64,000 nucleotides of DNA from an uncultured Alphaproteobacteria bacterium. GTDB lineage: Bacteria > Pseudomonadota > Alphaproteobacteria > Dongiales > Dongiaceae. Location: assembly GCA_963724385.1 (NCBI GenBank), contig CAVRUJ010000001.1:1154896-1218895 (forward strand), in the 5' to 3' direction. The position numbers were made by a program, and so were the translations under genes. The notes under the pieces were generated by a model. The model saw only the letters and a list, made by a program, of their open reading frames with translations, did not search any database and had not been told where the DNA came from. Numbering within the stretch: position 1 is the first letter of the stretch; every line of letters starts with the position of its first letter. Of the stretch, positions 1 through 9,278 are shown piece after piece.

Positions 1-45
1 GCGGAAGAGCGGAGCAGCTGCGTCCATCCTACTCACTCACAATAG

Positions 46-73
46 GGGCGCCGGGGAGTGTTCCCCGGCGCCC
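46..73 (-). terminator. GC-rich stem-loop downstream of the binding-protein gene (terminator or intra-operon attenuator)
   Basis: GGGCGCCGGGGA gtgt TCCCCGGCGCCC forms a perfect 12-bp stem about 24 nt past the stop at 97-99. No clean U-tract follows on the minus strand. A possible minus-strand ATG at 24-26 follows, so the hairpin may separate two cistrons. Confidence 0.35.
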
Positions 74-96
74 AAGCTGTCAGTCCCTTGAAGTAC

Positions 97-1239
97 CTAC
101 TGATTGGTCTGCGTCTGCCCCATGATTTCCTGCGCGGTGAAGTTGATCCCGCAGGTCGGGAAGGCGTTGCCGACGAAGAAGTTGTCGGACTGGGTCGAGT
201 AGTAGTTCACGCCGTCCTTGAAGTCGGGATCTTCGACGATGGCAAGCGGCAGCTTCACCGACTGGGGCACCACGTGGCCCTGCAGGGCGTCGAGCGCGGT
301 CTTCATGGCAACCGCCACCTGGGCCGGGCCGGTGCCTGCGGACGAGCAGACGAGGCCATCCTTCGAGTGGGCGCCACAGAACTTGCGGAAGCCGTTCTCG
401 GTCTCGCCGCCGAAGGGTACGAAGGGATGCCCGGCGTCGATCAAGGCCTGGACGACGCCGGTGTCCCCGCCTTGGGCGGTGATGCCGTCGAAGTGCTTCT
501 GCACGGCGATCGCGTCGGCCGTCGCCTTCTGGGCCGTGGGGTCATCCCACTTGCCGACGACTTCGACCACGTTCCACGGCTTGCCCGAGGCATCGAGAGT
601 CTCGTGGATGCCGTTGTGCCGGTCGGTATCGACCGAAGTCCCGGCCACGCCGCGCACCTCGAGGATCTTGCCGCCGTTCGGCAGATGCTTGATCAGCCAG
701 TTGGCCCACAGCACGCCCAGGCCCTTCTGGTCAACGTCGACATCGATGGCGTCTTCGGTATCGAGGATGTTGTCGAAGGCGACCAGGATGACGCCGGCGT
801 CCTTCGCGCGCTTGATCACGGGCGCGAAGGCCTTGGGGTTCTGGGCGTTGACGATGATGGCGTCATAGCCGGAATCGATGAAGTTGTTGATCGCGGCGAT
901 CTGGGCGGCGACGTCTTCGCCGGTCGACACGACCTTGAACTCTTTCAGCATCGCGGCGACGGCAGGCTGGGCGGCATAGGCCTTGGCCGTCTTGATCATC
1001 TGGATGCGCCAGGTGTTGGCGATGAAGCCGTTGGCGAGCGCGATGCGGTATGGGCCTGGCTTGGCCGGGTACTTGAAGAACTTGGTCTGGGCCGACCACG
1101 GCACGTAGCAGGTCGGATCGCTGGACGGACCGGCGACGATGTCGGGACCGGCGGCCATTGCCGTCGTGGTGACGCCGAAGAGAAGTGCAAGTGCGCCGAC
1201 CATGGTCAGCGCGCCATTCGCGGAGACGGAACGCTTCAT
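97..1239 (-). CDS. sugar ABC transporter periplasmic substrate-binding protein (type I binding-protein fold)
   Basis: ORF 97..1374 trimmed to Met46. The ATG at 1239 is preceded by GGGAGG. It opens with the signal peptide MKRSVSANGALTMVGALALLFGVTTTAMA. The body resembles RbsB/LacI-type binding proteins (YDAIIVNAQNP, VAFDN). Confidence 0.85.
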   Translation of the reverse strand: MKRSVSANGALTMVGALALLFGVTTTAMAAGPDIVAGPSSDPTCYVPWSAQTKFFKYPAKPGPYRIALANGFIANTWRIQMIKTAKAYAAQPAVAAMLKEFKVVSTGEDVAAQIAAINNFIDSGYDAIIVNAQNPKAFAPVIKRAKDAGVILVAFDNILDTEDAIDVDVDQKGLGVLWANWLIKHLPNGGKILEVRGVAGTSVDTDRHNGIHETLDASGKPWNVVEVVGKWDDPTAQKATADAIAVQKHFDGITAQGGDTGVVQALIDAGHPFVPFGGETENGFRKFCGAHSKDGLVCSSAGTGPAQVAVAMKTALDALQGHVVPQSVKLPLAIVEDPDFKDGVNYYSTQSDNFFVGNAFPTCGINFTAQEIMGQTQTNQ

Positions 1240-1440
1240 TGGAATCCTCCCTATGTCGATTGCTGTCCGGACCCGTAGCGGGCGACCCGAAGCCCGACGA
1301 CTTGCGGCCGACGAACAAATCCACCAGGCAGTCGCAGCTTCGCTTGCAATCATTTTTCCTGGCAAGCTTGTCATACCATATGGGTAGTAATTCCGTCAAC
1401 ATTGCCAGAAGATGTTGGCGGTTCGACCAGCCCTCTGCGC

Positions 1441-2248
1441 TCAATCGCCTTGGGTCGGCAGGATCTCGGCACCGGAAAGATCGGTGCCGGTAATCTTGGT
1501 TATGTCGGCGGCGGCATTGCGCAGCAGCGTCATGGCTGCGGTATGGGCCAGCTCGGGCTTTCCTTCCACAATCCCGTTCAACAGGTCGCGATGCTCCTCG
1601 ATCGCCCGCAGGCGATGCGTTCCGCGAACGGAGATGCGAAACATTTCCCCGAGGGCGAGGCTGAACAATTGGCCAATGGGCCAGAAAAACTCATTATGAG
1701 TGGCGAAATATATCGCCTTGTGGAACTGCAGATCGGCTTCGACCCAGCGCTCTGCGTCATCGCGTGCCGCGACCATGTCGGCAAACAGTTCGCGAAGCCG
1801 CTTCTGGTCGGAGGCATCTGCCGCTTGCGCGGCCAGCGCCGCAGCGGCCGGCTCGGTCGCGTTGCGCAATTGCAGCATCTTGCGTAGATATGCGTCCATA
1901 TCAGTGACTTCGAGCCGCCATCGCAGCACATCGGGATCGAGGTGATTCCAACGCTCCGGCTCGCACACCCGGGTACCGACCTTCGGTCGGGATTCAACCA
2001 GACCCTTGGCGATGAGGCCGCGGATCGCCTCGCGCATCGAACGTCCGGCTGACGCCCATCATCTGGCACAGGCCCGCTTCCGACGGAAGTGTCTGGCCGG
2101 GTGAAAAATCGCCGCGCAAGATCGCCACGCCGATCTCGTCCGCAAGACGCAAATGAACCCGTCGGATCACCGACCGGAGCGAACCGGCTCTGTCGGCCTC
2201 GCTCACAAGGGAATTCCTGGGAGCAGGATATGGTGATCCGCGCTGCAT
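1441..2248 (-). pseudogene. GntR/FadR-family transcriptional regulator, split by a frameshift
   Basis: The wHTH part (LPSEAGLCQMMGVSRT) lies in ORF 1994..2248. The continuation (REAIRGLIAKGLVESRPKVGTRV plus an FCD-like C-terminal domain) lies in ORF 1441..2037 in another frame. The junction is about 2037-2046. Confidence 0.7.
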
Positions 2249-2536
2249 TTTCGGCCCGGGTGAAGGTTGGGGTGCTGGCTTGTCCGCTGCAAAAGAGGAG
2301 CATCCCTATGCCGCTTGTGCCCCTCGTCCGGCGCTTGGGAGCAAGTTCTCGGGATGGCGCAGGACGTTAGCCGAATCCTCATTGAGGCCTTCCCCATCCT
2401 CGACGCGATGGAGCTTGAGCATGTTCATATCATACAATATGACCAATGAGAAACGAAAACCGCCGATCGGCTCTGGGATTGGCTCTGCTGCGCGCGGGTA
2501 ATATATCGCGAACGGTAGATGCCTTGCCCGGTTGGT

Positions 2537-3361
2537 TCAGAAAGGCTTGTCGCCCTTTATGGTCACCCGGAATCCCGAGCGGACTTGAGGAAAATAGTCC
2601 CAGAGCGCCATGTGCTGGGCGCATCGATTGTCCCAGAAGGCGACGGAATTCTGCCGCCAGCGAAACCGCATCTGGAACTCCGGCCGGGCGCAGTGGCCGA
2701 CAAGGTAGGCGAGGATCGCCTCGCTTTCCTCTCGCGATAGGTCGTTGATCCGGGTCGTGAACATCCGGTTGACGTAAAGGGTCTTGCGCCCAGTTTCCGG
2801 ATGGGTGCGAACGACCGGATGCACCGCCCGGGGGTACTGCTTGGCCCGGTCGTCCACGCCTTGGTCCTTATACCGGCCTCGATAGTAGGGCTCGCCGTCA
2901 TGGGTAGCCGTCAGGCCCTCGAGATAGGCCTTCATCCGCTCCGAGAGGGCGCCATAGGCGGCATACATGCTGGCGAAGAGCGTGTCCCCGCCCACGGCAG
3001 GGACGACGCGCAGATGCAGGATACTGCCCATGGGCGGCTCCGCATCGCAGGACACGTCGGAGTGCCAGCTCTCGCCGGCGACGTAGGTCGATGTGGCGTC
3101 GGTGTGAACCGGCATCACCTCCGGATGGCCTGCCGGGGCCGGCGCGCCGGGGTGGATGTGAAGCTCGCCGAACTGGCGCCCGAAGGCCTTCTGGCTGTCC
3201 AGATCGAAGAGCTGGTCGCGAAAGAACAACACCTGGTGCTCGAGCAGGGCAGCGCGGATCTCGCCGATCTGGCGCGGACCCGCCTTGGTCAAGTCCACGC
3301 CCGCGACTTCGGCACCGATATGGGGCGAGACGGGCCGCACCTCGATCGTTTCGTATCCCAT
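2537..3361 (-). CDS. TauD/TfdA-family Fe(II)/2-oxoglutarate dioxygenase
   Basis: ORF 2537..3415 trimmed to Met19 (MGYETIEV). WHSDVSCDAEPPMGSILH matches the WHTDVTF iron-binding region of taurine dioxygenases. The length is about 274 aa. Confidence 0.85.
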   Translation of the reverse strand: MGYETIEVRPVSPHIGAEVAGVDLTKAGPRQIGEIRAALLEHQVLFFRDQLFDLDSQKAFGRQFGELHIHPGAPAPAGHPEVMPVHTDATSTYVAGESWHSDVSCDAEPPMGSILHLRVVPAVGGDTLFASMYAAYGALSERMKAYLEGLTATHDGEPYYRGRYKDQGVDDRAKQYPRAVHPVVRTHPETGRKTLYVNRMFTTRINDLSREESEAILAYLVGHCARPEFQMRFRWRQNSVAFWDNRCAQHMALWDYFPQVRSGFRVTIKGDKPF

Positions 3362-3529
3362 GGCCAAGCTCCTCGATACCGGCAGAGAGTGCCTCCGGTT
3401 GCCGCTGGCGTCCACAACGCCCTCTACTCCTGTCCGGCGCAGATGGTGTAAGACCTCATCTTGGCGATCCTGGCCGTCAGGATCGGGGTGTCCACCCGTG
3501 ACGGGCCGTTTGGCCAGGAGTTGGCATCG

Positions 3530-4348
3530 ATGGGATACCTAGGATCGCAAGCGCGAGCCGACGGGGCGGGCCCTTGGCCAGGGGGGCGAAGGCCTGCGAG
3601 GCTGCTCCTGGCCGCGGCCGTGGCTTGGCTCGCTTGGCCGGCGGCCGTGAGTCTCGCGGCGCAGTCGCTGTACGACAAGCCGGCCCGGGTGCAGCATCTG
3701 CCGCTTCCCGCCGATCCCCAGAACCCCCAAGCCAAGGCCGTGCTCTCCTGCTTCTACTTTCGCCATTTCATGGTCAAGCAGGTCGATCTGGGGGAATTGG
3801 GCGCCGAACAGCTTTCGATCCTTCCCATCGAGGCTGGAAATCAGGCGCCGGTTTGCCAGCACGACAACGCCGCCGACGAGAAGGTGGTGTCGCCGGACGA
3901 CTGGAGCGGGTATTTCGACGGCGTCAGGGGGAACTACGTGTTCTTCTCCGCCGAAGACGGCTGGAACGACGGGTTGGGCTTCGCCGTCTTCACCGCTGCC
4001 GACGCCAAGAAGGTATTCGAGGACGTAGCCAAGAAATGGCGCTCCATTTCCCTGACGCCCTCGGGCATCGCCATGCGGTACGAGAGGGTCTATGGCGCCA
4101 AATGCTCCCTGGAGGCCGACAAGGCCGGCTGCTGGCGGCAGATTGAACAGGACACCGGTCTCAGGGGAACGGCGCCCGATTGCGCCGCCGCCTATGAGGC
4201 GGAAAAGAAGCGCACGCCGACCATGATTCAGGCAGTGATCGACGACCCGACGGTGATCGACTACGAGGCGGCGGCTTCCATTGGCCCGGGCGGCTCGAAA
4301 ATCGCACCTGTCACCGGCAAGGCCATCGCCTGCCGGCCGTCCGTCTGA
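3530..4348 (+). CDS. secreted hypothetical protein
   Basis: ORF 3461..4348. The internal ATG at 3530 has AGGAG 9 nt upstream. It is followed by RRPARLLLAAAVAWLAWPAAVSLAAQ, a signal-like segment. The protein contains several Cys and I recognise no family. Confidence 0.55.
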   Translation: MGYLGSQARADGAGPWPGGRRPARLLLAAAVAWLAWPAAVSLAAQSLYDKPARVQHLPLPADPQNPQAKAVLSCFYFRHFMVKQVDLGELGAEQLSILPIEAGNQAPVCQHDNAADEKVVSPDDWSGYFDGVRGNYVFFSAEDGWNDGLGFAVFTAADAKKVFEDVAKKWRSISLTPSGIAMRYERVYGAKCSLEADKAGCWRQIEQDTGLRGTAPDCAAAYEAEKKRTPTMIQAVIDDPTVIDYEAAASIGPGGSKIAPVTGKAIACRPSV

Positions 4349-4400
4349 GGCGCGGCCGGGCTCGGGCGGATTCTCGGATTCGAGGCATGTTCAGACGCAT

Positions 4401-4904
4401 ATGTCTGCCATGACTCCCGACTGGTCGGTCCAGCGCAAGAAGGCCGCCAACGGAGTCGCCTCGGTGCTGTATGGCGTGATTGCGATCATGACCGCCGAGC
4501 TCGCCTATCAGCCCGGTTCTGCCGCGCCGGCAACCCTCGCTGCCGGAGTGCTCCTGGTCGGCCTCGCCATGGCCATGACCCGAATGTTCGTAGAATTGGT
4601 CAAAACTGAAACCGAGCGGGGCGCGCATATCGGCCTGAGCGAGGCCCTGGCGCTCCTGCGCTCGTCTATCCTGGTTCTGGTCTTTCCCGGCGCGGTTGCG
4701 GGGCTGGTGCTCGTCGCCCAGGCGCTCGGCCTTCCGCGCGGAGCGCTCGCGGACGCGGTGCCGTACATCGGCGTGGCAACTGTGACCGCTCTTGGTTTTG
4801 GATCCAGCTATGTCCTCGACCGCAAGCCCTGGCCGGCCGTGCAGCGCGGCATCTCCTGGACGGTTCTGAGCCTCGTGCTGTTCGCGGCGAAGCAAATCTC
4901 TTGA
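4401..4904 (+). CDS. integral membrane hypothetical protein
   Basis: ORF 4281..4904 trimmed to the ATG at 4401 (MSAMTPDW). It has four to five hydrophobic segments. I recognise no family. Confidence 0.5.
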   Translation: MSAMTPDWSVQRKKAANGVASVLYGVIAIMTAELAYQPGSAAPATLAAGVLLVGLAMAMTRMFVELVKTETERGAHIGLSEALALLRSSILVLVFPGAVAGLVLVAQALGLPRGALADAVPYIGVATVTALGFGSSYVLDRKPWPAVQRGISWTVLSLVLFAAKQIS

Positions 4905-5041
4905 TGGGAGACCGCGACGACCCGATGCCCGGACTGCGGTCCGGCGGGCGGACATTGCTGCCCTTCCGGTTCACGCTGTAACATTCGGAGGTCTCACGCG
5001 CGGGTACAGCGCTGCTGTCAAGAGAAAGGCCGATCAGCCCC

Positions 5042-5329
5042 GTGTCCGATCTCTACGTGCTCCAGGAAGCCCTCAGTGATATGGCTGAAGACCCGGAATT
5101 CACCGTGACTTTGGGGCGGCGGGCGGCGGATCTGACTGGCGCGTTCCTCGCCAAGGCCGGCCCCGGAGATGTCGCCACTCTGAAGGCTTGGCTGACCGCA
5201 CGGCTCAATCTCGCCGCCACCACGGGCAAGGCCCGGCTGAAGCTGAGCTATGCCAACCGTCGAGCCTACATCCTGCAATGCGCGCTGGACCGGGTGGAAG
5301 GGAAACCGCCGCCGGCGGACCCCGACTAG
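5042..5329 (+). CDS. hypothetical protein (95 aa, GTG start)
   Basis: Open frame with non-repetitive, helix-like sequence (MSDLYVLQEALSDMAEDPEF...). No motif recognised. Confidence 0.35.
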   Translation: MSDLYVLQEALSDMAEDPEFTVTLGRRAADLTGAFLAKAGPGDVATLKAWLTARLNLAATTGKARLKLSYANRRAYILQCALDRVEGKPPPADPD

Positions 5330-5392
5330 GGCAGGCAGGCGCCCCTCGGAAACTGCGCCGGGCGCCTGCCGGCCGGGGCCCCGCTGCGCCCG

Positions 5393-5488
5393 CTAGGGCC
5401 TTTTCGCAATCGCGTCCAATTTGGCGATGACGACGCCGAGTTCGACGGCGACGACGATGAGCAGCAGCGGGACGAGAAAACTAAGCAT
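5393..5488 (-). CDS. 31-aa hydrophobic peptide (below the ORF-track cutoff)
   Basis: ATG at 5488 preceded by GGGGGGAGCGACC. The product is MLSFLVPLLLIVVAVELGVVIAKLDAIAKRP, with a single TM helix. Read manually from the minus strand. Confidence 0.3.
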   Translation of the reverse strand: MLSFLVPLLLIVVAVELGVVIAKLDAIAKRP

Positions 5489-5730
5489 GGTCGCTCCCCC
5501 CTTTTTCTATTGCGGCATTCACAGGCGTGAACACGCCCGCCCGGGTTGGGGCCCAACGGCTCGAAGCCATGCAAAGGCCTGCAGGCCCCGCGGGGATTCC
5601 CGATCTAGCCGATAGCCGCATGGCATCCTGTCCCCAACAGAGCGGCAGACTCACTCTATGACCGGCGCCCTGGACCGGCAAGCGCCTCGCTGGAGGACGC
5701 GGGGGAACCCCTTGAAGCAGGAATCGAACC

Positions 5731-6516
5731 CTAGCTCCGTTTGCCGGGGGCGGACTTGGCGGCAATGACCGTCTCGATCAGAGCGTGCGAATGGATGCCG
5801 AGCAGGCCGCCATCGACGGCAATGGCCTGGCCTGTGATGTAGCGGCAATCGTCCGCGGCCAGGAAATGGATGAGGGCGGCAACTTCTTCGGGCATACCCA
5901 CCCTGCCGGCCGCCGCGGCAGTCTCGATGAGGGCGATTTCCACCTCGGCATTCTCCTGCTGGCGCAGCATGGGGGTGTCGATGGAGCCGGGACAGACGCA
6001 ATTGACCCGGATGCCCCGGCCGGCGAGCTCCACGGCCGCGGTCTGGGTGAGGCTGACCACCGCAGCCTTGGAGGCCGAATAGGCAGCATAGCTGCCGACC
6101 CCGAGCATGGCGGCGACCGAGGCGACGTTAATAATGCTGCCGCCCTCCATGTGGGGTGCCACATGGCGCATCGTGGCCCAGACGCCCATGGTGTTGACCT
6201 CGAAATGACGCCGCATGGCGGCGGCGCTGAGCTCGGTGATGGCCACCTGATCCGAGATCACGCCGGCGGAATTCACCAAGATATCGATCCGGCCATGGCG
6301 CCTGGCCACCTCGGCGATCAGCGAGATCACCTGGCTTTCTTGGGCTACGTCCACCGGCAGGTATTCGCCACCAAAAGCGGCCGCCGTGGGCCCTGCGTCG
6401 GACCGGTTGGCGATGACCACCTTGGCTCCGGCGGCGGCAAACCGGCGGGCGGTCGCAAGCCCGATCCCGGAACCGCCGCCCGTGACGAGCGCAATCTTGC
6501 CGTCAAGCCGGAACAT
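5731..6516 (-). CDS. SDR-family short-chain dehydrogenase/reductase
   Basis: ORF trimmed to Met13 (ATG 6516, GGGAGG upstream). It has the TGGGSGIG cofactor motif, NSAG and YAASKAAV (YxxxK). Confidence 0.85.
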   Translation of the reverse strand: MFRLDGKIALVTGGGSGIGLATARRFAAAGAKVVIANRSDAGPTAAAFGGEYLPVDVAQESQVISLIAEVARRHGRIDILVNSAGVISDQVAITELSAAAMRRHFEVNTMGVWATMRHVAPHMEGGSIINVASVAAMLGVGSYAAYSASKAAVVSLTQTAAVELAGRGIRVNCVCPGSIDTPMLRQQENAEVEIALIETAAAAGRVGMPEEVAALIHFLAADDCRYITGQAIAVDGGLLGIHSHALIETVIAAKSAPGKRS

Positions 6517-6679
6517 CCCCCGCGCCCCTCCCGTGGCTATTGGAAGCCGCACATCTTAGGTGAGGAATGGGGCGGGGCAAGCTGCGGCGCAGTTTGAGCC
6601 AACGGGCTTGCAGCGGGACAGGCCGCTGGTGAAGGACCCGACCGCCGGCTGGCGATCGGGTCCTATTCGGCCGACCTTT

Positions 6680-6925
6680 CTAGTTACAGACCGGCGACGA
6701 GCCGGCGTTGATCTGGTTCTGCGTGGTGAGGCCACCCACGGCGGCGCCCGCCGCGGCTCCGGCAGCGGCACCATAGAGCGGGGCCCCGGCCAATGCGCCT
6801 ATCACGGCGCCGCCAGCGGCACCGATGCCCGCGCCGGTCACGGCCCGACATCCCGGGGATTGGCCGCAAGCGGACAGGGCGAGGGCGCTGATGACCAAGA
6901 GCGCGGGTAGAGAATGAATACGCAT
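6680..6925 (-). CDS. small glycine-zipper lipoprotein (17-kDa-surface-antigen-like)
   Basis: ORF 6680..7147 trimmed to the ATG at 6925 (GGGAGA upstream). MRIHSLPALLVISALALSAC carries a lipobox. It is followed by a Gly/Ala zipper, GAGIGAAGGAVIGALAGAPLYGAAAGAAAGAAVGG. Confidence 0.7.
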   Translation of the reverse strand: MRIHSLPALLVISALALSACGQSPGCRAVTGAGIGAAGGAVIGALAGAPLYGAAAGAAAGAAVGGLTTQNQINAGSSPVCN

Positions 6926-7164
6926 GATAGGTCTCCCTCGTGGTCTGCAATTGGTATCCATTATGCCCGACAAGCCTTTGCGAACCAACTCGGTCTTGTC
7001 GATTCCGCCGGCTCTCGGGAGCCCCGCCCGGACGAGAAGCGGGCTCCCTTGCCCCATCATGTAGGAAGCAATCTCGGCGGAACTTGGGCGATTTCGCGGC
7101 CGGCTCCCGAATCCCGGCCTGCCCGACCGGGCCAACCCGTTTGCCACAGAGATGCCACAGGATC

Positions 7165-7623
7165 CTAGAAAAGCGGCTTCAGATCGGGATCGAGCCAGGC
7201 GCGCCGGGCAGCGACCGAAAGAAGCCGTTCGCGGCTGTAGTATTGGAACGGGAAGGCCTTGGTCGCATAGGGGCTGGCGAGCAGCGCATTGGTCAATGCC
7301 AGAAGCGGCAGAGCCTCGCCCGATTCTTCGACGAATCGCTGGATCGCCCGGACATAGAAGGCGGTGATGGTCTCATGGTAGCCGCCGGCGTCGTCGTTGA
7401 CCGTCCCGACGGCCTCGTTGTAGGCGATGATCCCTTGGCGGAGCTCTTCCAAAACCCGATCCCCTGGCCGGTTCAAGACATGCCAGAGCCCGACAGTAAG
7501 ATGGGACTGGTGGGTCCAGCGCGGCTGCGCGAGATCCCGCCGGCGAAATCCCTCGACGATCTCCAGGATCTCCGCCTCGCTCCGATAGGACGTGAAGGGG
7601 CGGGCGGCGGTTTCGATGGCCAT
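7165..7623 (-). CDS. hypothetical protein (152 aa) immediately downstream of ATPase 1
   Basis: ATG start, 43 nt after the ATPase stop, on the same strand. The sequence is globular-looking. No family recognised. Confidence 0.55.
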   Translation of the reverse strand: MAIETAARPFTSYRSEAEILEIVEGFRRRDLAQPRWTHQSHLTVGLWHVLNRPGDRVLEELRQGIIAYNEAVGTVNDDAGGYHETITAFYVRAIQRFVEESGEALPLLALTNALLASPYATKAFPFQYYSRERLLSVAARRAWLDPDLKPLF

Positions 7624-7665
7624 GATCTGGCGGCCGTTCCAGGCGGCTGGCGGCGCCTGCCGCGC

Positions 7666-9132
7666 TCAAGCTTGAGGGGGCGGCGATTTCGCGGGGTGGT
7701 AGCGCTTCACCCGGATATTGCTGATCGCGGCCTCGACCAGACGCTGCTCGAAATGAGGCTTTATGCCCTCGAACTCGCAGGTCGCGACGACCTGTTCGAT
7801 GATGAATCCGGGTTGGTAGGCCGCGAGCTCGATGCCCCGCTTCTCGGTCAGCTCCTGGATGATGAACTCGAGCATCTCTTCGCTGAGGGGAATATCCTTG
7901 GACTTGGCGACGTAATCGAAAATCCGCTTGAACCGCTTGCGCGAAGGCGGGGCGATCTCGAGCTTGAACGGCAGGCGGCGAAGGAAGGCCGGATCCATGA
8001 GATCTTCGGGCTCGAGATTGGTCGAAAACATCAGCCGCGCCTCGAACGGCAAGTCGAAGCTCTTGCCGGTCTGCAGCTTCAGATAGTCGACGCCGTTCTC
8101 CAAAGGCACGATCCAGCGATTCAGCAGGTCGGACGGCGACACGAGCTGGCGGCCGAAATCGTCGATGAGGATTGACCCGCCGAGCGCCTTCACGTGCAGG
8201 GGCGCCTCGTAGCATTTCGAAATGGGATCGTAGCCGAGCTCGAGCATCTCCAGCGTCAGCTCGCCGCCGGCCACTGCGAATGGCTGGCGGCAGGGAACCC
8301 ATCGTCCGTCGAATTCCTCGTCCCGGATGGCCCTCACGGAGGTATCTCGCTGCTCGTCCTCGTCGAGGAGGGCCGAGTGCAGCTTCGGATCGAACACGCG
8401 CATGATCTGCCCTTCGATCATGACCGAATAGGGGACGTAGATGAGGTCGGTCAGGGTTCGGCCGAGCCGAAGAGCGATCGACGTCTTGCCATTGCCCGGC
8501 GGCCCGTAGAACAGGATGGGTTTGCCCGAGTTGATTGCCGGGCCCATCTTCTGCATGAGCGACTCCTCGAGGAACAGCCCCGAGAGAGCCGCCTTGATTT
8601 CGGGCAAGGTCACCCGCTCGCCGGAGATCCGCTGACTGACGATCCGCTTCTTGAAGGCGTCCAAGGACACGGGCGCGGGGCCGATATACTGGGAGCGCGA
8701 CATTGCGCCGGCCGCCCATTGGCGGCCCGCCTCGGTGATGTCGTAGCGCTTTTCGGCGAGCATGCCCGAGCCGCGCGCGCTGCTGACATTGAGGAGCTGG
8801 CGGCTGGCGGCGAGTTCTCCCAACTGTGCGGCCAGCGGGTGGGGCAGTTTCAGGCCCTCGACGAATTGCGACGTCGTGTCGAGCCCGTTGACGAAGATGA
8901 GCTTCATCAGAAGGTCGAGCAGGTCGTTCTCTTTTATATGGAGCTCGGCGATGCTGGTCGGCTTGGCCGGGGAGATCTTCAGCAAGCGCTCGAGCCGCTT
9001 GCGGTCGACGATCCCCATCGCGATCAAGTTCTCGCCGAGCCGCCCGCCTTCGGTGAACTGCCGCTGCAAGGCGGCTTCGATGTCCTGGGGCGTTGCCAGC
9101 TCCGCCCTGATCAGAAGTTCACCGATCCTCAT
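7666..9132 (-). CDS. AAA+ ATPase with an N-terminal MshEN-like tandem motif and a probable winged-helix segment
   Basis: ATG at 9132 with AAGGTGAAGG upstream. Residues 2-54 match two 24-residue MshEN-type repeats. Walker A is GPPGNGKTS, Walker B ILIDDFGRQ, sensor STN, plus FLRR. It is about 50-60 % identical by eye to the 13277..14785 product. Confidence 0.85.
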   Translation of the reverse strand: MRIGELLIRAELATPQDIEAALQRQFTEGGRLGENLIAMGIVDRKRLERLLKISPAKPTSIAELHIKENDLLDLLMKLIFVNGLDTTSQFVEGLKLPHPLAAQLGELAASRQLLNVSSARGSGMLAEKRYDITEAGRQWAAGAMSRSQYIGPAPVSLDAFKKRIVSQRISGERVTLPEIKAALSGLFLEESLMQKMGPAINSGKPILFYGPPGNGKTSIALRLGRTLTDLIYVPYSVMIEGQIMRVFDPKLHSALLDEDEQRDTSVRAIRDEEFDGRWVPCRQPFAVAGGELTLEMLELGYDPISKCYEAPLHVKALGGSILIDDFGRQLVSPSDLLNRWIVPLENGVDYLKLQTGKSFDLPFEARLMFSTNLEPEDLMDPAFLRRLPFKLEIAPPSRKRFKRIFDYVAKSKDIPLSEEMLEFIIQELTEKRGIELAAYQPGFIIEQVVATCEFEGIKPHFEQRLVEAAISNIRVKRYHPAKSPPPQA

Positions 9133-9278
9133 CTCAAGACCTTCACCTTATGCGTTGAAGCCCCGAGCAAATCTTCCAGCTCAAGCTAATGCCACAGCTT
9201 GCGATTTAGTCAATTGTTTCCTGGTCATACAAATGGTCGCCCGACATGGCGGATTTGCTTCCTTGGGGGCTCCTCCGA

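Noticed and set aside
1-26. Possible start of a minus-strand gene (MDAAAPLF..) leaving the left edge
   Set aside because: Only 8 codons are visible and the RBS-like GAGTAGG is weak. It cannot be supported from this window.
58-1278. 406-aa plus-strand ORF covering the whole sugar-binding-protein gene
   Set aside because: It is antisense to a gene with a signal peptide, RBS and family motifs. Its own product is Gly/Arg/Asp/Val-rich with no motif. This is a typical shadow ORF of GC-rich DNA.
2430-2442. TCATA-CAA-TATGA palindrome in the AT-richer spacer upstream of the GntR gene, as a possible GntR operator
   Set aside because: It has only 5-bp arms, does not match the FadR-type TGGT..ACCA core well, and occurs once. 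It is too weak to call.
5700-5733. GGTTCGATTCC on the minus strand, reminiscent of a tRNA/tmRNA T-loop
   Set aside because: The flanking bases (CTAGG / TCCTG) do not form a T-stem, and no acceptor or other arms could be drawn. It abuts the SDR stop codon. This is a chance match.
6940-9189. Long plus-strand ORFs (6940..8175, 8194..9189) opposite the hypothetical gene and ATPase 1. The same pattern occurs at 13733..14803 opposite ATPase 2.
   Set aside because: The minus-strand products carry Walker A/B motifs and align with each other. The plus-strand translations are low-complexity and Arg/Gly/Asp-rich, so they are shadow ORFs.
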